From Camelus dromedarius (lineage: Eukaryota), in contig NC_087440.1 of NCBI RefSeq assembly GCF_036321535.1, forward strand, positions 56,792,001 through 56,856,000: a DNA stretch of 64,000 bases. Reading direction: 5' to 3'. A program made the translations under genes and the position numbers. This document shows positions 51,901 through 62,999 of this stretch, one piece after another. The notes under the pieces are model-generated. The model was given only the letters and a program-made list of their open reading frames with translations, ran no database searches and was not told the DNA's origin. Positions within the stretch are counted from its first letter, which is position 1; each line of letters starts with the position of its first letter.

Positions 51901-54900
51901 GATTAGCTAGTGGAGGGTGAGCATGGTGGCGCATCTGGCGTATCGTCTGATGGTATCGTGGACTGACTCAGTTTCCCATCCTGTCTTCTACCATAGCTTT
52001 CTACTTCCTGTTCATGTCAAGTTTCAGTTCTGAATTTCTGAGCAGCATCTCCCAAGATACAACCAGAATTGGCTATTAAGAAAAAGTGTTCAGGACAACA
52101 GCTATTACAAACTCTTTCTCTAATACAGACATTAATTTCAGCATTTAGTGGGGCAAGGACACTGAAATCATTGGAATAAGAGCAGTATTTTGATAGCAAA
52201 ATATGTTTCAAATTCAATCTTGGACCTCTCTTGCAGAGAACAGTAATTGTGTGATGCTTATCTTCTGGGAAAGGGCTATTCATTTGGACCTCCTTCTAAA
52301 GACTTATTTACTCAATATTTTCATCATGGTGGCATGCCAGATTGTATGAATGAGATCTGGCTCCTTAAATCTGCATGGCTTTCAATCAATCTAACATAGA
52401 ACAAACATACAAAAAAATTTATTTTTAAATCCATGTTACTTCTGAAAGGAATAAACTCAGAACTGAAGTGGTTGGTGGAAGTTTAATGGGGTTCAATTAA
52501 GGATATGTACCCAAAAGTACAAGTTGTTACTTTTAGTTCCATCTCTAGATTAGTCACACTAGACATTCAGCCACTTTTAACAGCATTGTACCACTTCTGG
52601 TGACTTTAATTACTGTTTGTCAATCTTATCTACTTACTCCAATATTAATTAAATCTATTTCTGGGGAGGGAAGAACATGGGGAAGTTGTCCTAACGTATG
52701 TTGATTGGGAAAAAAAGCAAATCATAATCTTTACTGTGGCTAATTTTCCCAGACCCTTCTTTCCTGAGGACAAAAGGAGTTGATTACACCATTAATTCTT
52801 AAAAAAAAAAAAAAAAAAAAAGAACTTAGTTTCCTTATCCGAGTGCCTCCTGTTGAAATCAGTTGACTGCCCAATGGAAACAATCTCTTTATCCTCTCAT
52901 GATGTTGTAACTGCCTGAGTATCCTAATGCAATTCCCATTTGAACTCAGAACCAATGGGAAACATTTTACAGAAACTCCACAAAACAAAGCAGCTCTCCA
53001 GATGCCAAGGATGTATGATTAAATGGGGCTTCATGTATTAAATCGAGTGTGTCATTACCCTCACTCCCATGAACCTGTCTTTCAGCACGATCCACGACAG
53101 TAAGAAGACAAAGGCTTTGTTACAACAGAACAGAGCAGAGACATCTGTGGCTGTCAGCTTCTTTAAAGCCAGTAAATACAGGTAATTAGTCAAAGTCCAT
53201 AGAATAGAAAAGGGAGCAGTTCTTTTAAGAAAGAGCTTCAATGTCAGACCATCTTCACCAAAAATTCGACTGCATTCCCTAGGGAAGAAAGAGAGGTTAA
53301 TAGTCAGGTATTCATTGTAACACACCTTCTCAGGTTGACTAACTGTTCACAGCCATTTCTGGGCAAGAGTACAAACCCTCAAGACCCCACATCGTTCAGC
53401 TGTGGAGCCTACTGAACACAGTTTTGCCACCAACAGGCCATGAGCACAGAGGTTCCATGGAAGAGTCACATCTCCTCGAGCACGGGGCTAAGCCTTGCTA
53501 CCTGTTCTCTTGAGATTCCTGGGGTAGCCAATGTGCTATTGCTGCCCATTCTCAGAGAAGCCTGGAGAAACTGAAAAATGAGTGTTTGCTGGAATTACTA
53601 GTTACTAGAAGAGACAGAAGATTTTTCTCAATGGATAAATGCAGCAGAGTCCAGATGGCTGCTACAGTTTGAGTAGGCTACAGACAACACGCAGCCTTGC
53701 ATGTCCTGTAGGGTCACACACAGCTTGGGATTCTAGTGTTCCTAAAGCATTATTCCTCTCTCATATATCTGCCCAACTGACTCATTTCTTTTTCCCTCTA
53801 GCATTTTTAAGGCAGAAAAAATGAAGGAAGCGTCTGTGATTAACGCCAAAATGGTAAAAGAAATAAAACTCAGGTTGTATTTCTATACAAAGACTTGGCC
53901 ATGCTGGAGGGATTGTCTGAATTCGTTGTGTAAAAATAGTCATTTCAGTTAAATCATCTTTGATTTGCTTGGTTGCTGACTAAACTGATGATTTAGCCCC
54001 AAGGGCAGTTTTAATCAAGGTACTGAAGCTAGCAATACATATAGGCAGTAATGGGAGTGATGGAATAGCAGGGCCTTTTTGATTATGGACTGAAGACAGG
54101 CTGGGAAGATTCAGCTTTAATTTTTTCCACTCAGTTGTTCATGAACATTCAAGGTTTTATTGGGCGGGGCTATCTTGTACCAGGCATTGTATTTTTAAGA
54201 GTAGTGTAACTATTGCATTCAAAGCAACAAGTTATCCATAGTTGTGACTTTATAATGTTTATAAATCTATGTATATAGCTCTAGATAGGACTAGTTTCTG
54301 GTTTCCCATCCAGCTTTTTCTGAAGAGAAATAATTGTGCCTCCAAGTATTGCAAACCAGAGTAACCTCCGGCCCATGTTTGCCTCACAGGTCTGAAAAAA
54401 CTGACCCCGCAGAGGGCCCCCTGTGACAACGTGGTGAGGTTTCAGGCATGGGTATGGCCTTCAGTATCAAGTCTTGTAGTGAACGTTGCTTCCAAGCAGC
54501 CGAGAACACAGGGGATTGTAGGCTGGCGCTTCTGGGAAGGTTAAACGTGCGTTTTTGATCACGTGGAAACACATGTCACAGTTTGACTTTCATGTGGGAG
54601 ACAACCAAAATGGAAAGATTTTCATAAAATGAAAATGGGATTTCCCAAAGCTAAATTTTAACTCGACGGAGACAAAACTTCAATAAAGGGACAAAAGAAG
54701 CCAGAGGCAAAGGTTTTGCAAAGTGAACATAAATTACACATACTTGTGCACACAGGGAAATGGATGGCCTCTGTGTTCTGTTTTGTTTTATTGAAGTCTA
54801 GTTGATTTACAACATTAGAAAACGGATGGCCTTTCCAAGCCCTACTATTGTGATCCTTGGAATCAGAGGCACACACACAGAGCAAGCAGCAGTTTCCATA

Positions 54901-57900
54901 GAGCATCTGGGCACAAGTTCTGTTTTCTGTCCTTACAAAGGGATTTGCTCCATGAGAAGTTCTGCCAGGGACAGCTGGAGTGGAGAGTCGAGGGTTTATC
55001 CTGACAACTACTAAATGCCCTTTAAAATACATATTTATTAAGAACCACAACAAATCCGTATCTGGCTAAAGGATTTCTTTTCTTATCACTGGACCTAGCC
55101 AGTGATGGTTCTTCCTTCCCAGAGCCCACCATCATGCTGGGTAGAGTGCTGTCCAGCGAAGACTCTGGATTCCTACGAGGGAACACTCTGCCCCTCGGGG
55201 AAGCCAGTGTAGGCACAGGGATGGGGACGGCCCCCACCCCTACCCCCGGGCAAAGCGCTGCTGCCTGGCAGAGACTCTTGGCCTGGCTCATCCTGTCCCC
55301 TAGCTTTTGGCTTCCTCCTTGTTACCCTTGCCCCTTTCTCCTCTCACTGCCAACCTTCTCCCCCCTTGTCACTGTTACAAGAGTTAAAAATGCTCTCCAT
55401 TCAAATAACAGTTCACCTGGGGAAAACTGTTTGCTGTTTAAGCAGTAAGTGCCAGGAAATGTGAAATTTTGTTTAAAAAAGATAGATTACTATGGAGAAA
55501 CAAATAACAACAGTAGATCTTTCCTTGGGATGATGAGATCAGAATTTCTCAACAAAATGAATTGACAGGTGGCAAAACTCGGAAAGAACCCTAGAAGCCG
55601 GGGGACGCGAGTGATGTACCTGTGCTGTTCACCGTTAGTTACACTACAGGTATTTAATCCTTTCTGGATTCAGGTGGCATCTTACGCACATTTCGTAGGT
55701 TCCTGATATATGGCAAATATATCTTTGGCTCTAGTTTCATGCTTCCTAGAGATTTTTTTTTCCCCTTAACAAAATACCCTTGTCAGAACTATGCTGTCTC
55801 TTTTTTTTTTCCTTCTTAAATTTTCTTCTCACCTGAGCCAACTGAATTCTCTTGATAGTATATAAATGGAATGACTGAAATATCAGAAACTAGTTCCACA
55901 TGAAGAATCCGTACCATCTAGATTGGAAACTTCATTGAAAATTCTTTTGATGTTAGTGATAAGAAAAAAACTGGATGCTTTCATACCATTCAAAAGGAGA
56001 AAACAGTCAGAGGGGCTGGCGCTGTGGGACAAACTCTGTGTCCAGCCTTACACGCTAACTCTGTTTTCCCTTTGTCCTGCCGCAAGAACTTTGGGGGAGC
56101 CTTTTTGGCAGATGGTGTTAATGAGTCTACAGGGAAAAAAGATCAAGGATCTCAGGATTTTCTGGCAATGTTACCTCTCACACGGAGGGGGCCACTGGAG
56201 ATTATTCCCTTCAAAGACAATATTTTCTGCTTGACAATGAAGGCTCTCTGATTCAGTTTCAGAAACGGTCAGCTTCACTCTAGGTACTAACAGGTGGAGG
56301 TATCTTGTCAAGTCACAGATTTCACTCAGGTCAGACTTAGTTCAACATGAGAGGTACGGCGAAGATGAAGCTCATTCCCTAGACAGCAGTTCTGTCAGCA
56401 GGAGCCCCTGGTTATAAATGTGTTGTCTTAAGTAAAGCTGGCTTGGCTTGCGGTGAGGTGTTCTGAGGTGCTCCTCCTCGTACTGACCCTTTGCTGTTTT
56501 TTATCAATATGTATGTCTAAACCACAGGAACATGTGAGTAGAAGCCACACCCTGTGGGTAAACGGAGGTATTTTCAAACAGGGAGAATTTTATTCTGATC
56601 ATCATGTCCCCTGCAATCATCTATTAAATATTGCTCTTAAAAAAGATCTTATGCCCCAAGATCACATCTATTTTGATGGGAATAAATAGGAAGTATTTTT
56701 AGCCAAAGGCTTTTTTTTCCCTCCAAAATGGAAAACATTTATCACTTTTCAATTGGTTTTTGTCTCTTGAATGAGAACTGAATTTTCATGGACACACATG
56801 GAACATCTGCCCACAGTGTGACTTTCATAATTCCCAGGCACTTCCAAGCTGGAGATGGAGTGGAAGTTGAAGATAAGCCCTTTGCAGGGTCTGAAGTTTT
56901 TAAGAGCAGTCTTACAATGCACCAATTATAACAGTCATTTCTTCCTTTCACTAGGCACAGGGGCAAGAAAGAAAGGTTATTTTGGCTCCTGCAAGACAAA
57001 TTTATTGTCATTCTGCTGAGACGCGATAAGCAGGTGTCACTCTCCCACAGCCATGCGCTAAGGTTGACTACTGGTGATCAGAATGAGTGTCTGGGGAGTT
57101 ATTCCTTACTGCTGGCTCTTATTTTCAAGAAGCTGTCTGTTAGCAGAGGAACTTTGACCCAAATGCTGCTTTTGCCTCCCTTGCGTGCTGTGCAGGGCTG
57201 GATGACATGGCTTTGTCGTCTTCACAGGCTCTCCAAGATGGGGCTGCAGAAGCCAGGTTTAGCTCAGAGCAGCCACTAGAACCATGGCACTATCAAGTTC
57301 ACGGCCAGGAAACCAACCAACAAGGCTCTCTGTGTCCCAACCAGCAAAGAACAGCATCTTTGAAACCACCCCAAGGCTGTGTCCAGAATATTGAGCAAAT
57401 GTTTTCATAATGATCTTATTAATACAGTTTTTTTTTTCTGGGCTCAAGACAGTGGGGCATTCTTTTAAAACATGAACTTCAGAGATAGATCTGGATTAAA
57501 ATCTGGCTTCCATTATTTAAGTGTGTGACCTTGAACAAGTCACTTAATCTTTCCAAACCTGTTACCTCTTGTGTTAAATGGGAATAATTAACATCGCCTT
57601 AAAAGGTGGCTGTTACCACCAATGATAATTAAATAAGATAAGATATACAAAAGCGCCAGCAGGTACCTGGCAGGTTCTAGACATTCAGTAACTTGGTGGG
57701 GAGGGCACCGATTCTGTTTCCTCATGTTCATGTGTTCATCACCAACCTTAGATCCTGCCTCTCCACATCCTTCGCTCAGCTTATACTCCAAAGACATGAA
57801 ATTATCTGTATTTGCATAAAATTATTTCAGAGAATCTCCTATTGGCTATTTAACATGAAACCTACCTGAATTTTTTCATTGGAGATTGCTTTTCTTGAGC

Positions 57901-60900
57901 AGTGGCCAGATGACCAGAGTAATAGACTGGGAAAAACATGATGTTCCAGTTTGTTGAAAACCAAGTCATGAAAAATGGACAGTAGAAGTTCTTATAAGTA
58001 ATTTTTACAATCTGTGTGGTTCCAACCCAAGATGATGACACTGACAAGATGATCAAAAGTCCCCAGACGGCCTTCAGAACCACGGACGTGCAGGAGAGGC
58101 AGCGAGCCTTGATTCTGTTTTCTTGGCTGCCATTCTCAGGATGAGCCTGTGTTCCATCATCCCCTGCAAACAGGAAAGGAATACAAATTTGCGGAAATCA
58201 AGTTAGAAAACAGCAATCAAAGAGGCAGACAGTAGAATCACCAGTGTTTTTTGTTTTTTCCTACCATCATTCAAAGAGACAGATAACTGGCTCGTTTTCT
58301 CTCTGGAATCTCTGTAAAGGGACAGTGTGCATCTGGACCCCTATCCAGGCCATGACAATGCTCAGGAACTTGGTGGATGCTCTGCTGTCCTCCAGTGTCT
58401 CCTACCCACTCCCTTGTAACAGCATTACACGTTTCAGCTCCAAAGGCATTGGTTGGCCTTCACTGAGCCTTTGTCTTATCAAATGTGAAAAGATGGGAGG
58501 TATGCCACCTCCCAACAGAAGCTTTAAGAGGCACCACAGGGTCCCACTACCTCACGCTTTTCCTTTCTGCCACTAGCATGGAAAATCCCAAATAGGAGAT
58601 GCTGTTTCAGTCTACGTGGGAGAATGAGAGAACCCAGCCAAAGCAGCCCTGTATCTGCTGACATGAAAAGTGAGCGAAAAACAAGTATTTGTTGTTATAG
58701 TCCACTGAGGTTTTTTTTTTTTTTTTTTTAAATGGCAACTAAGATCACTATTAAATTGAAAAGGATGCGTCCCCAAAACAGAGCAAGTCTGGACTACACA
58801 AGATCACTTCCCACCTCAGAACAAATGACTATTTAATATGTTTCTGGGAGTTCTGCTTTGTATTTTTATGTTTACTAAGAAAATTTAGTAGCAGTTTTTT
58901 CACACTGAAATCATCAAAGCTCTCTGAAAGTGATCATCTTAAAGGCCTTCTCCCCTGACAGAGAAAACAAGTTCAACACAATCAATTTATGTACCTATCA
59001 GGAAGCTAAACAGGAGAAGGCATCACCCTGAGTCCCCATGCTGAGATCCCAGATGGCAGGACCCTGGGGGAAAGGAGGCAGAATTGCTTGCAAGACTCTG
59101 CTGTGTCTCCAGGCACCTCCTTTAAGTGTAAGGTTTATCCTGGGGTTAAGAAAGTGGTGCAGCCCACACACTGCGAGTCATGGTGGATGGGTTTCTCACT
59201 CTACCTCTCTAGAACCTGCTGGCTGTCCTGCTGAATGTGCTCCCACTGCTTAATGACCCAGATGTGACTGCCCCACTGGGGGCAAAGGCTTTCATCCAGC
59301 TAAGGCCTTCTGATACCATTATGTGGGGGAAAGGTGGTAGCAAACCTTGAAAGTGAATTCTTCACTGGAGAATATAAACTAAGTGAGGATGCACACAGCA
59401 AGTACTACATGACTTCCAAGTCTTACCAACAGTGCTGAGTTCTCAGGGCCTAGGCCTCCAGAAGGCGAAAACTGGTATTCTTTTATTTATTTATTCAACA
59501 AAGTGCTATGGAGGCTTCCAGGAGCTAGTTAGTCAGGTCCCAGTGGTTCAAAAATGAAAGACCTGAGCTCATTACCTAAAGGAAGGCCAGAAAACACATC
59601 TAATACAGTGTGATAAGGGCCCAGCATGACAGATACAAGGCCATATGGAGGCAAGAGAGAAACACTTGTTAAGAGGTGAAGTGAGAAATGATCAGGAGAA
59701 ACTTTCATAAGGCAGGACATTGAGATGAGTCTGGAAGTTTGAATTGGCCAGCACCCTTGGCTGTGTATGGACAATACTGGCTTTTAATAACCCTTCCGCA
59801 AACTCCCTCTATGACCATGTGGCTTATACAGACAGTAGAGGGAAAACACTAAAATGAGTAAGAGACTCGTGTTGGAAGGCTAGGAAGGGAACACAGGCCT
59901 TCCCAATGAAGGAGGTATTATCATTCCCATTATGCAGATGAAAAAACTGAGACTTGTATTAAAGATTGTTCAGGGTTGAGCCCAAGTCAGCATGATTCCA
60001 GGGTCCAAAATTTTTATTCTTACTCATTCTGTTTAGGTTTCAGGCTTGAGCTCTCCATTTAAGCACTGGAAGTTTCAGAAATGGTTTGGAGGAAAAGTTC
60101 TGCTTCCTAGCAGGAATGGCAGTCTTGCATGGGGCTTAAGAGAAGTGATACTTAAGAGAACGAGAAAACTCTACTACACTTCAGATCACATCACTCTCAG
60201 GGGCCATCTTGTAAAGAAGGAATGATTCTACAAAGATATTAAGTACCCCTTTTAGCTGGTAGCTGCCTTCACCGTCACCTTTGAAGATTGCACCGTGACC
60301 ACCATCACGTAACGGAAAGGACTTTTCATGACGTCAGTAGTTACCTAAATCCCTCCGTCGTACTGACCGATTCTTCCTTCTGCTAACTAGATTTAATTGT
60401 CGACAATTCTTTAATTTTACCATCTATAGATATTAGAGAAAGATTGGCTCTCCAGGGCTCTTTTATTTTTCTGACCATTTTAAACATGACCTTCTTTAGT
60501 CCTGCTTAGATTTAGAGTTTTGTATATGTCATTAAAATTGATTTATCAGGAATTCCATCCATTTCTATGAATCTTAATTGGAGTCATACAAAAGAATGCT
60601 AAAGGTCACTGGAATTTGGAAACATGAGTGGAAGTCCTACCCCTGCCATTGTCTGGCTCAGAGAATATGCTTAATTTCATTCTTAGCTTCTCTGTCAAAC
60701 AGTGATAACATCTATCTCACGGGATTCATTTTGAGGTTAAGCACCATAATATTCTTGAAAGCAGGTGAGCTGCTCGTCAGATTATTCTCCTTTTTTCTTT
60801 TTGGTGCCTCAGAATATCCCCAAATGCCTTCTGAATCATTACAGAAAGAGTAAATTATGTCCCATCTGGTCTTTAATGGTACTGTCTTTGAGATCTGTAA

Positions 60901-62579
60901 TTTGTATATGATAGATAGGGCAAGTCCTTATTAACCATATTTAATTAACTGGAACATTCTGTCCTGCAGATAACTGGGATAATAAGAATATTACTGCAAC
61001 TTATTAAAGCCAATTAAAACTTTCTGAAGATTTAAGATGTCATTTTCTTAACTTTTTTTTAAGAGTTTTAGCCTTGGGGTCCATAGTTGCTGAGATATCA
61101 TTTTTAAATGTTGTCATTTTTTTGATAATATATCTTTTCTCATATAAAAGATATCAAATTAGTAGAACCCTAGAAGAGGCTTTCACATCTCCTCTATACC
61201 TTTGTTTACCCCTATCCGTAACTGATTCCCCTGAATTACTATTTCTCTTCTGTTTATTTTTTTAAAGCCAATGTTCTCAAAGTTACGAGGTTTTTGGTTT
61301 TCATTGTCTTTTTTTTTCTTTTACTACTCACTTATTTTGGATAGAGCATTTTGTTGTCTTTGCTGTTGTTACTATTGATTTTAAGGATGCAAAGGATTTT
61401 AATACGTTGCTGGCCAAGCTGAAGGAATAAATGGAGGAGGAGAGACTGAAAATGCAGGTGGAAGAGAGGGAGAGGAGGTGATGAGGGATACAGGAGAAGG
61501 AGTTAACATCAGAAGGGCAACAAACACAAAAGTCAAATGAGGTTCTGCAATGATGGTAATCAGCAAACAAAAGAACAGAGACATTGAGGCAGAGAGGAAA
61601 GTATCTGTTACCACACAGTTGTTTTGGTCTCTTCTGGAAGGTAGAAGTGTGGTCATATGTAAGAGGAAGTAAGTATGGACTCGGGGCTTGGTAGCATCTC
61701 TGGGAAGGCAGTCAGATGTCTACCACCAAAAAGTAACAGTACTGGCCAGCAGCCTAGTGGACCCTGCTGCATTTTAAAATGATACATTTGCTGGGAAACT
61801 CAGGGATATAGTCAGGAGACTTATCTAGTAATTTCAGTAACCCAAGTAACCCAGGAGTTAGAGAGTGTCAGTCGGCTGTGAGGAAAGGCTAGAGATCTTG
61901 ACTGATCAAAGAGGCAAGTGAAGTGTCCTGAAGGAGACATAAAATTGGGAAAACTTGATGGGCTCCAAGGACTAGCAGTCTTGATGAAGACAAGAGCAGA
62001 GTCTGTGATTTTACTGGTGCTTTTAGTCTCAGAATGGGCACAGCGTGCTATTGCTAAACCCCAGGGTTGAGTTAAAAGATGCTAGCTTTTGACATCTTAA
62101 AAATGAGAAAATTAGTTTCCTTATAAACATCATTAGAAGTCATTGTTCAACCATGTGTTAAGCCCTTCAACTATAGGTTTTGGTATTATTTCTCTGCTAC
62201 ACCAGACACCATTAACAGATTGTACCTCTACATTTCCCTTCTTCCTTCTCCTTCTACTTGATAAACTTTCCCCACACCCTCCTCTGAGAGTCCATATAAC
62301 ATCTCTACATTCTGTGCCAATGGTCAGATCTTGCACTGCTGGTTAGAAGCTTACTTAGACGTACTGTTATTTAAGGGGAAGTCACCAACATACCTGATCT
62401 GTTCTGCCTCTCGGCTCTGTGTCCACAAACTCCAGAGGATCCTCGACTCTGAAGTTCAAGAATAGGAGCAGAAGAATCTTCAGTGACAGACAGAGGGGAC
62501 AGTTGTCTACTGATGCTACTGTGTGAACTGGGGCAGTTGGCTCCTGGTTTACATCGAGTAACCGATGATCTGGAGGTAC
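33700..62579 (-). CDS. SLC35F4: Solute carrier family 35 member F4, 5'-partial; 7 coding exons joined (about 451 aa, 10 predicted TM helices, DMT/EamA fold)
   Basis: Spliced translation ([16 protein letters not shown]...[12 protein letters not shown]...[10 protein letters not shown]...[36 protein letters not shown]...[10 protein letters not shown]) matches the mammalian SLC35F4 sequence as I recall it. All six introns are GT-AG with consistent phases. Exon lengths 186+298+220+126+193+90+242=1355 nt. Confidence 0.97.
34313..35030 (-). mobile_element. Young L1 3' end (34313-34490) joined to an older L1MB-type 3' end (34490-35030)
   Basis: ttttaattgaggtatagttgatttacaatg...; then aattaaccatttttaagtg...ctggctgctttcacttagcataatg. 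Confidence 0.8.
36275..36364 (-). CDS. SLC35F4: SLC35F4 penultimate exon, (A)[29 protein letters not shown]
   Basis: Translated by hand; acceptor cccttttctttacag|CC; donor GCAG|gtactg; 90 nt, phase 1/1. Confidence 0.95.
36388..36843 (-). mobile_element. Young camelid L1 3' fragment (ORF2 end + 3'UTR) next to a splice acceptor
   Basis: Encodes [15 protein letters not shown]...PFAATWM (L1 ORF2 C-terminus); flanked by aaaga(aa)agggtatacagg repeats at 36369-36387 and 36844-36860. Confidence 0.92.
39735..39779 (+). repeat. (GATTT)9 pentanucleotide microsatellite
   Basis: Perfect repeat read directly, beside the L1 tail. Confidence 0.95.
39790..41362 (-). mobile_element. Young camelid L1, 5'-truncated, inserted into an L2
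   Basis: ORF2 peptides ([14 protein letters not shown]; [28 protein letters not shown]); L2 sequence on both sides; N gap 41138-41266. Confidence 0.92.
41834..42026 (-). CDS. SLC35F4: SLC35F4 coding exon, [18 protein letters not shown]...GMAGLWL
   Basis: Acceptor cccattctag|GTT; donor CTGG|gtaagt; overlaps ORF 41775..42023. Confidence 0.96.
43580..43800 (+). mobile_element. MIR SINE
   Basis: tttaaatcttggctctatcactgcctaactgtatgatcttgggc...agcctcagtttcctcatctggaaagtgggg. Confidence 0.75.
43910..44035 (-). CDS. SLC35F4: SLC35F4 coding exon, [42 protein letters not shown]
   Basis: Translated by hand (42 codons, absent from the ORF track); acceptor ttctatctgacag|ATA; donor AAG|gtattt. Confidence 0.95.
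47184..47360 (-). mobile_element. Young L1 3' terminal fragment
   Basis: poly-T then gagatatagttgatttacaatattgtg...ttccctgtgctacacagtaggaccttgttg; TSD-like ctcattttt. Confidence 0.85.
48593..49110 (+). mobile_element. Young camelid L1 3'UTR fragment (N gap 48597-48775)
   Basis: aaaatagaaacagactcacagac...gacacatggtaaactgactatact; 17-bp TSD aaagaaa(c/t)cacagaaga (48576-48592/49111-49127). Confidence 0.9.
51593..51770. mobile_element. MER45A-type hAT-Tip100 MITE
   Basis: ggcttcacaggcgtgtgacctgtgcag...tttaatgctctgctgttgccatcttgaaatt...tgggccccacaaattatgtagcc. Confidence 0.8.
53059..53278 (-). CDS. SLC35F4: SLC35F4 coding exon, (R)[10 protein letters not shown]...KDRFMGVR
   Basis: Acceptor ctttcttccctag|G; donor AGG|gtaatg; lies within ORF 53038..53325. 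Confidence 0.96.
54771..54819 (-). mobile_element. Extremely truncated L1 terminus with degenerate tail
   Basis: Reverse complement aatgttgtaaatcaactagacttcaataaaac; flanked by aaa(t/c)ggatggcct repeats. Confidence 0.7.
57480..57690. mobile_element. MIR fragments
   Basis: aaatctggcttccattatttaagtgtgtgaccttgaacaagtcacttaatcttt. Confidence 0.65.
57866..58163 (-). CDS. SLC35F4: SLC35F4 coding exon, (G)[21 protein letters not shown]...QSPMKKF(R)
   Basis: Acceptor ttcctgtttgcag|GG; donor TTCAG|gtaggt; contains TM1-TM2. Confidence 0.96.
61080..61330 (-). mobile_element. Old L1ME 3' end fragment
   Basis: accctagaagaggctttcacatctcctc...taactgattcccctgaatt. Confidence 0.45.
62394..62579 (-). CDS. 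SLC35F4: SLC35F4 coding exon (first in window; phase 1/1), (G)[15 protein letters not shown]...RQNRS
   Basis: Acceptor ctctttctccccag|GT at 62580/62579; donor TCAG|gtatgt at 62394/62393; lies within ORF 62371..62598. Confidence 0.95.
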
Positions 62580-62999
62580 CTGGGGAGAAAGAGTTCATGC
62601 CAGTTTGAGAACTTCCTGGAGGAAAAAACAGATTTTTAAATGCCTTGGCAGTAAAATGTATGGAATATTTACCGAACTCATTGCTAATTTTACAAAAGAG
62701 GCTCCTAATAAGAAAATGCTATGTTGGCGAAGTCTGTGTCCTTAAGATAAAGGATCTTTTTAGATAAACCCATTAAGTGGAAATGAACGTTAGAAGATGG
62801 TGTTTGGGTTGACATATCTGTTCTGATTAGAACTGTTATCACAGTGGAATAGTTTACCTCTGGGAAAGCAAAGTGATGTTATGCCTGCTTCCTCCCTTTT
62901 CTTCCTGAGGCTGACTGTTGAATTCCTAACTCATAAAACTGCCAACAGCTTCTCCTGTTAAATCCACTCTACACTGTTCCATCAGGTTGTGGTGCTAAA

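Noticed and set aside
6701-51970. Scattered AP-1/ARE motifs TGACTCAG (6701, 20640, 37660, 51963)
   Set aside because: Isolated 7-9-mers at about background frequency, with no clustering.
55617-55652. Short hairpin tacctgt...acaggta as a miRNA or snoRNA candidate
   Set aside because: The 7-8 bp stem is too short and there are no box motifs.
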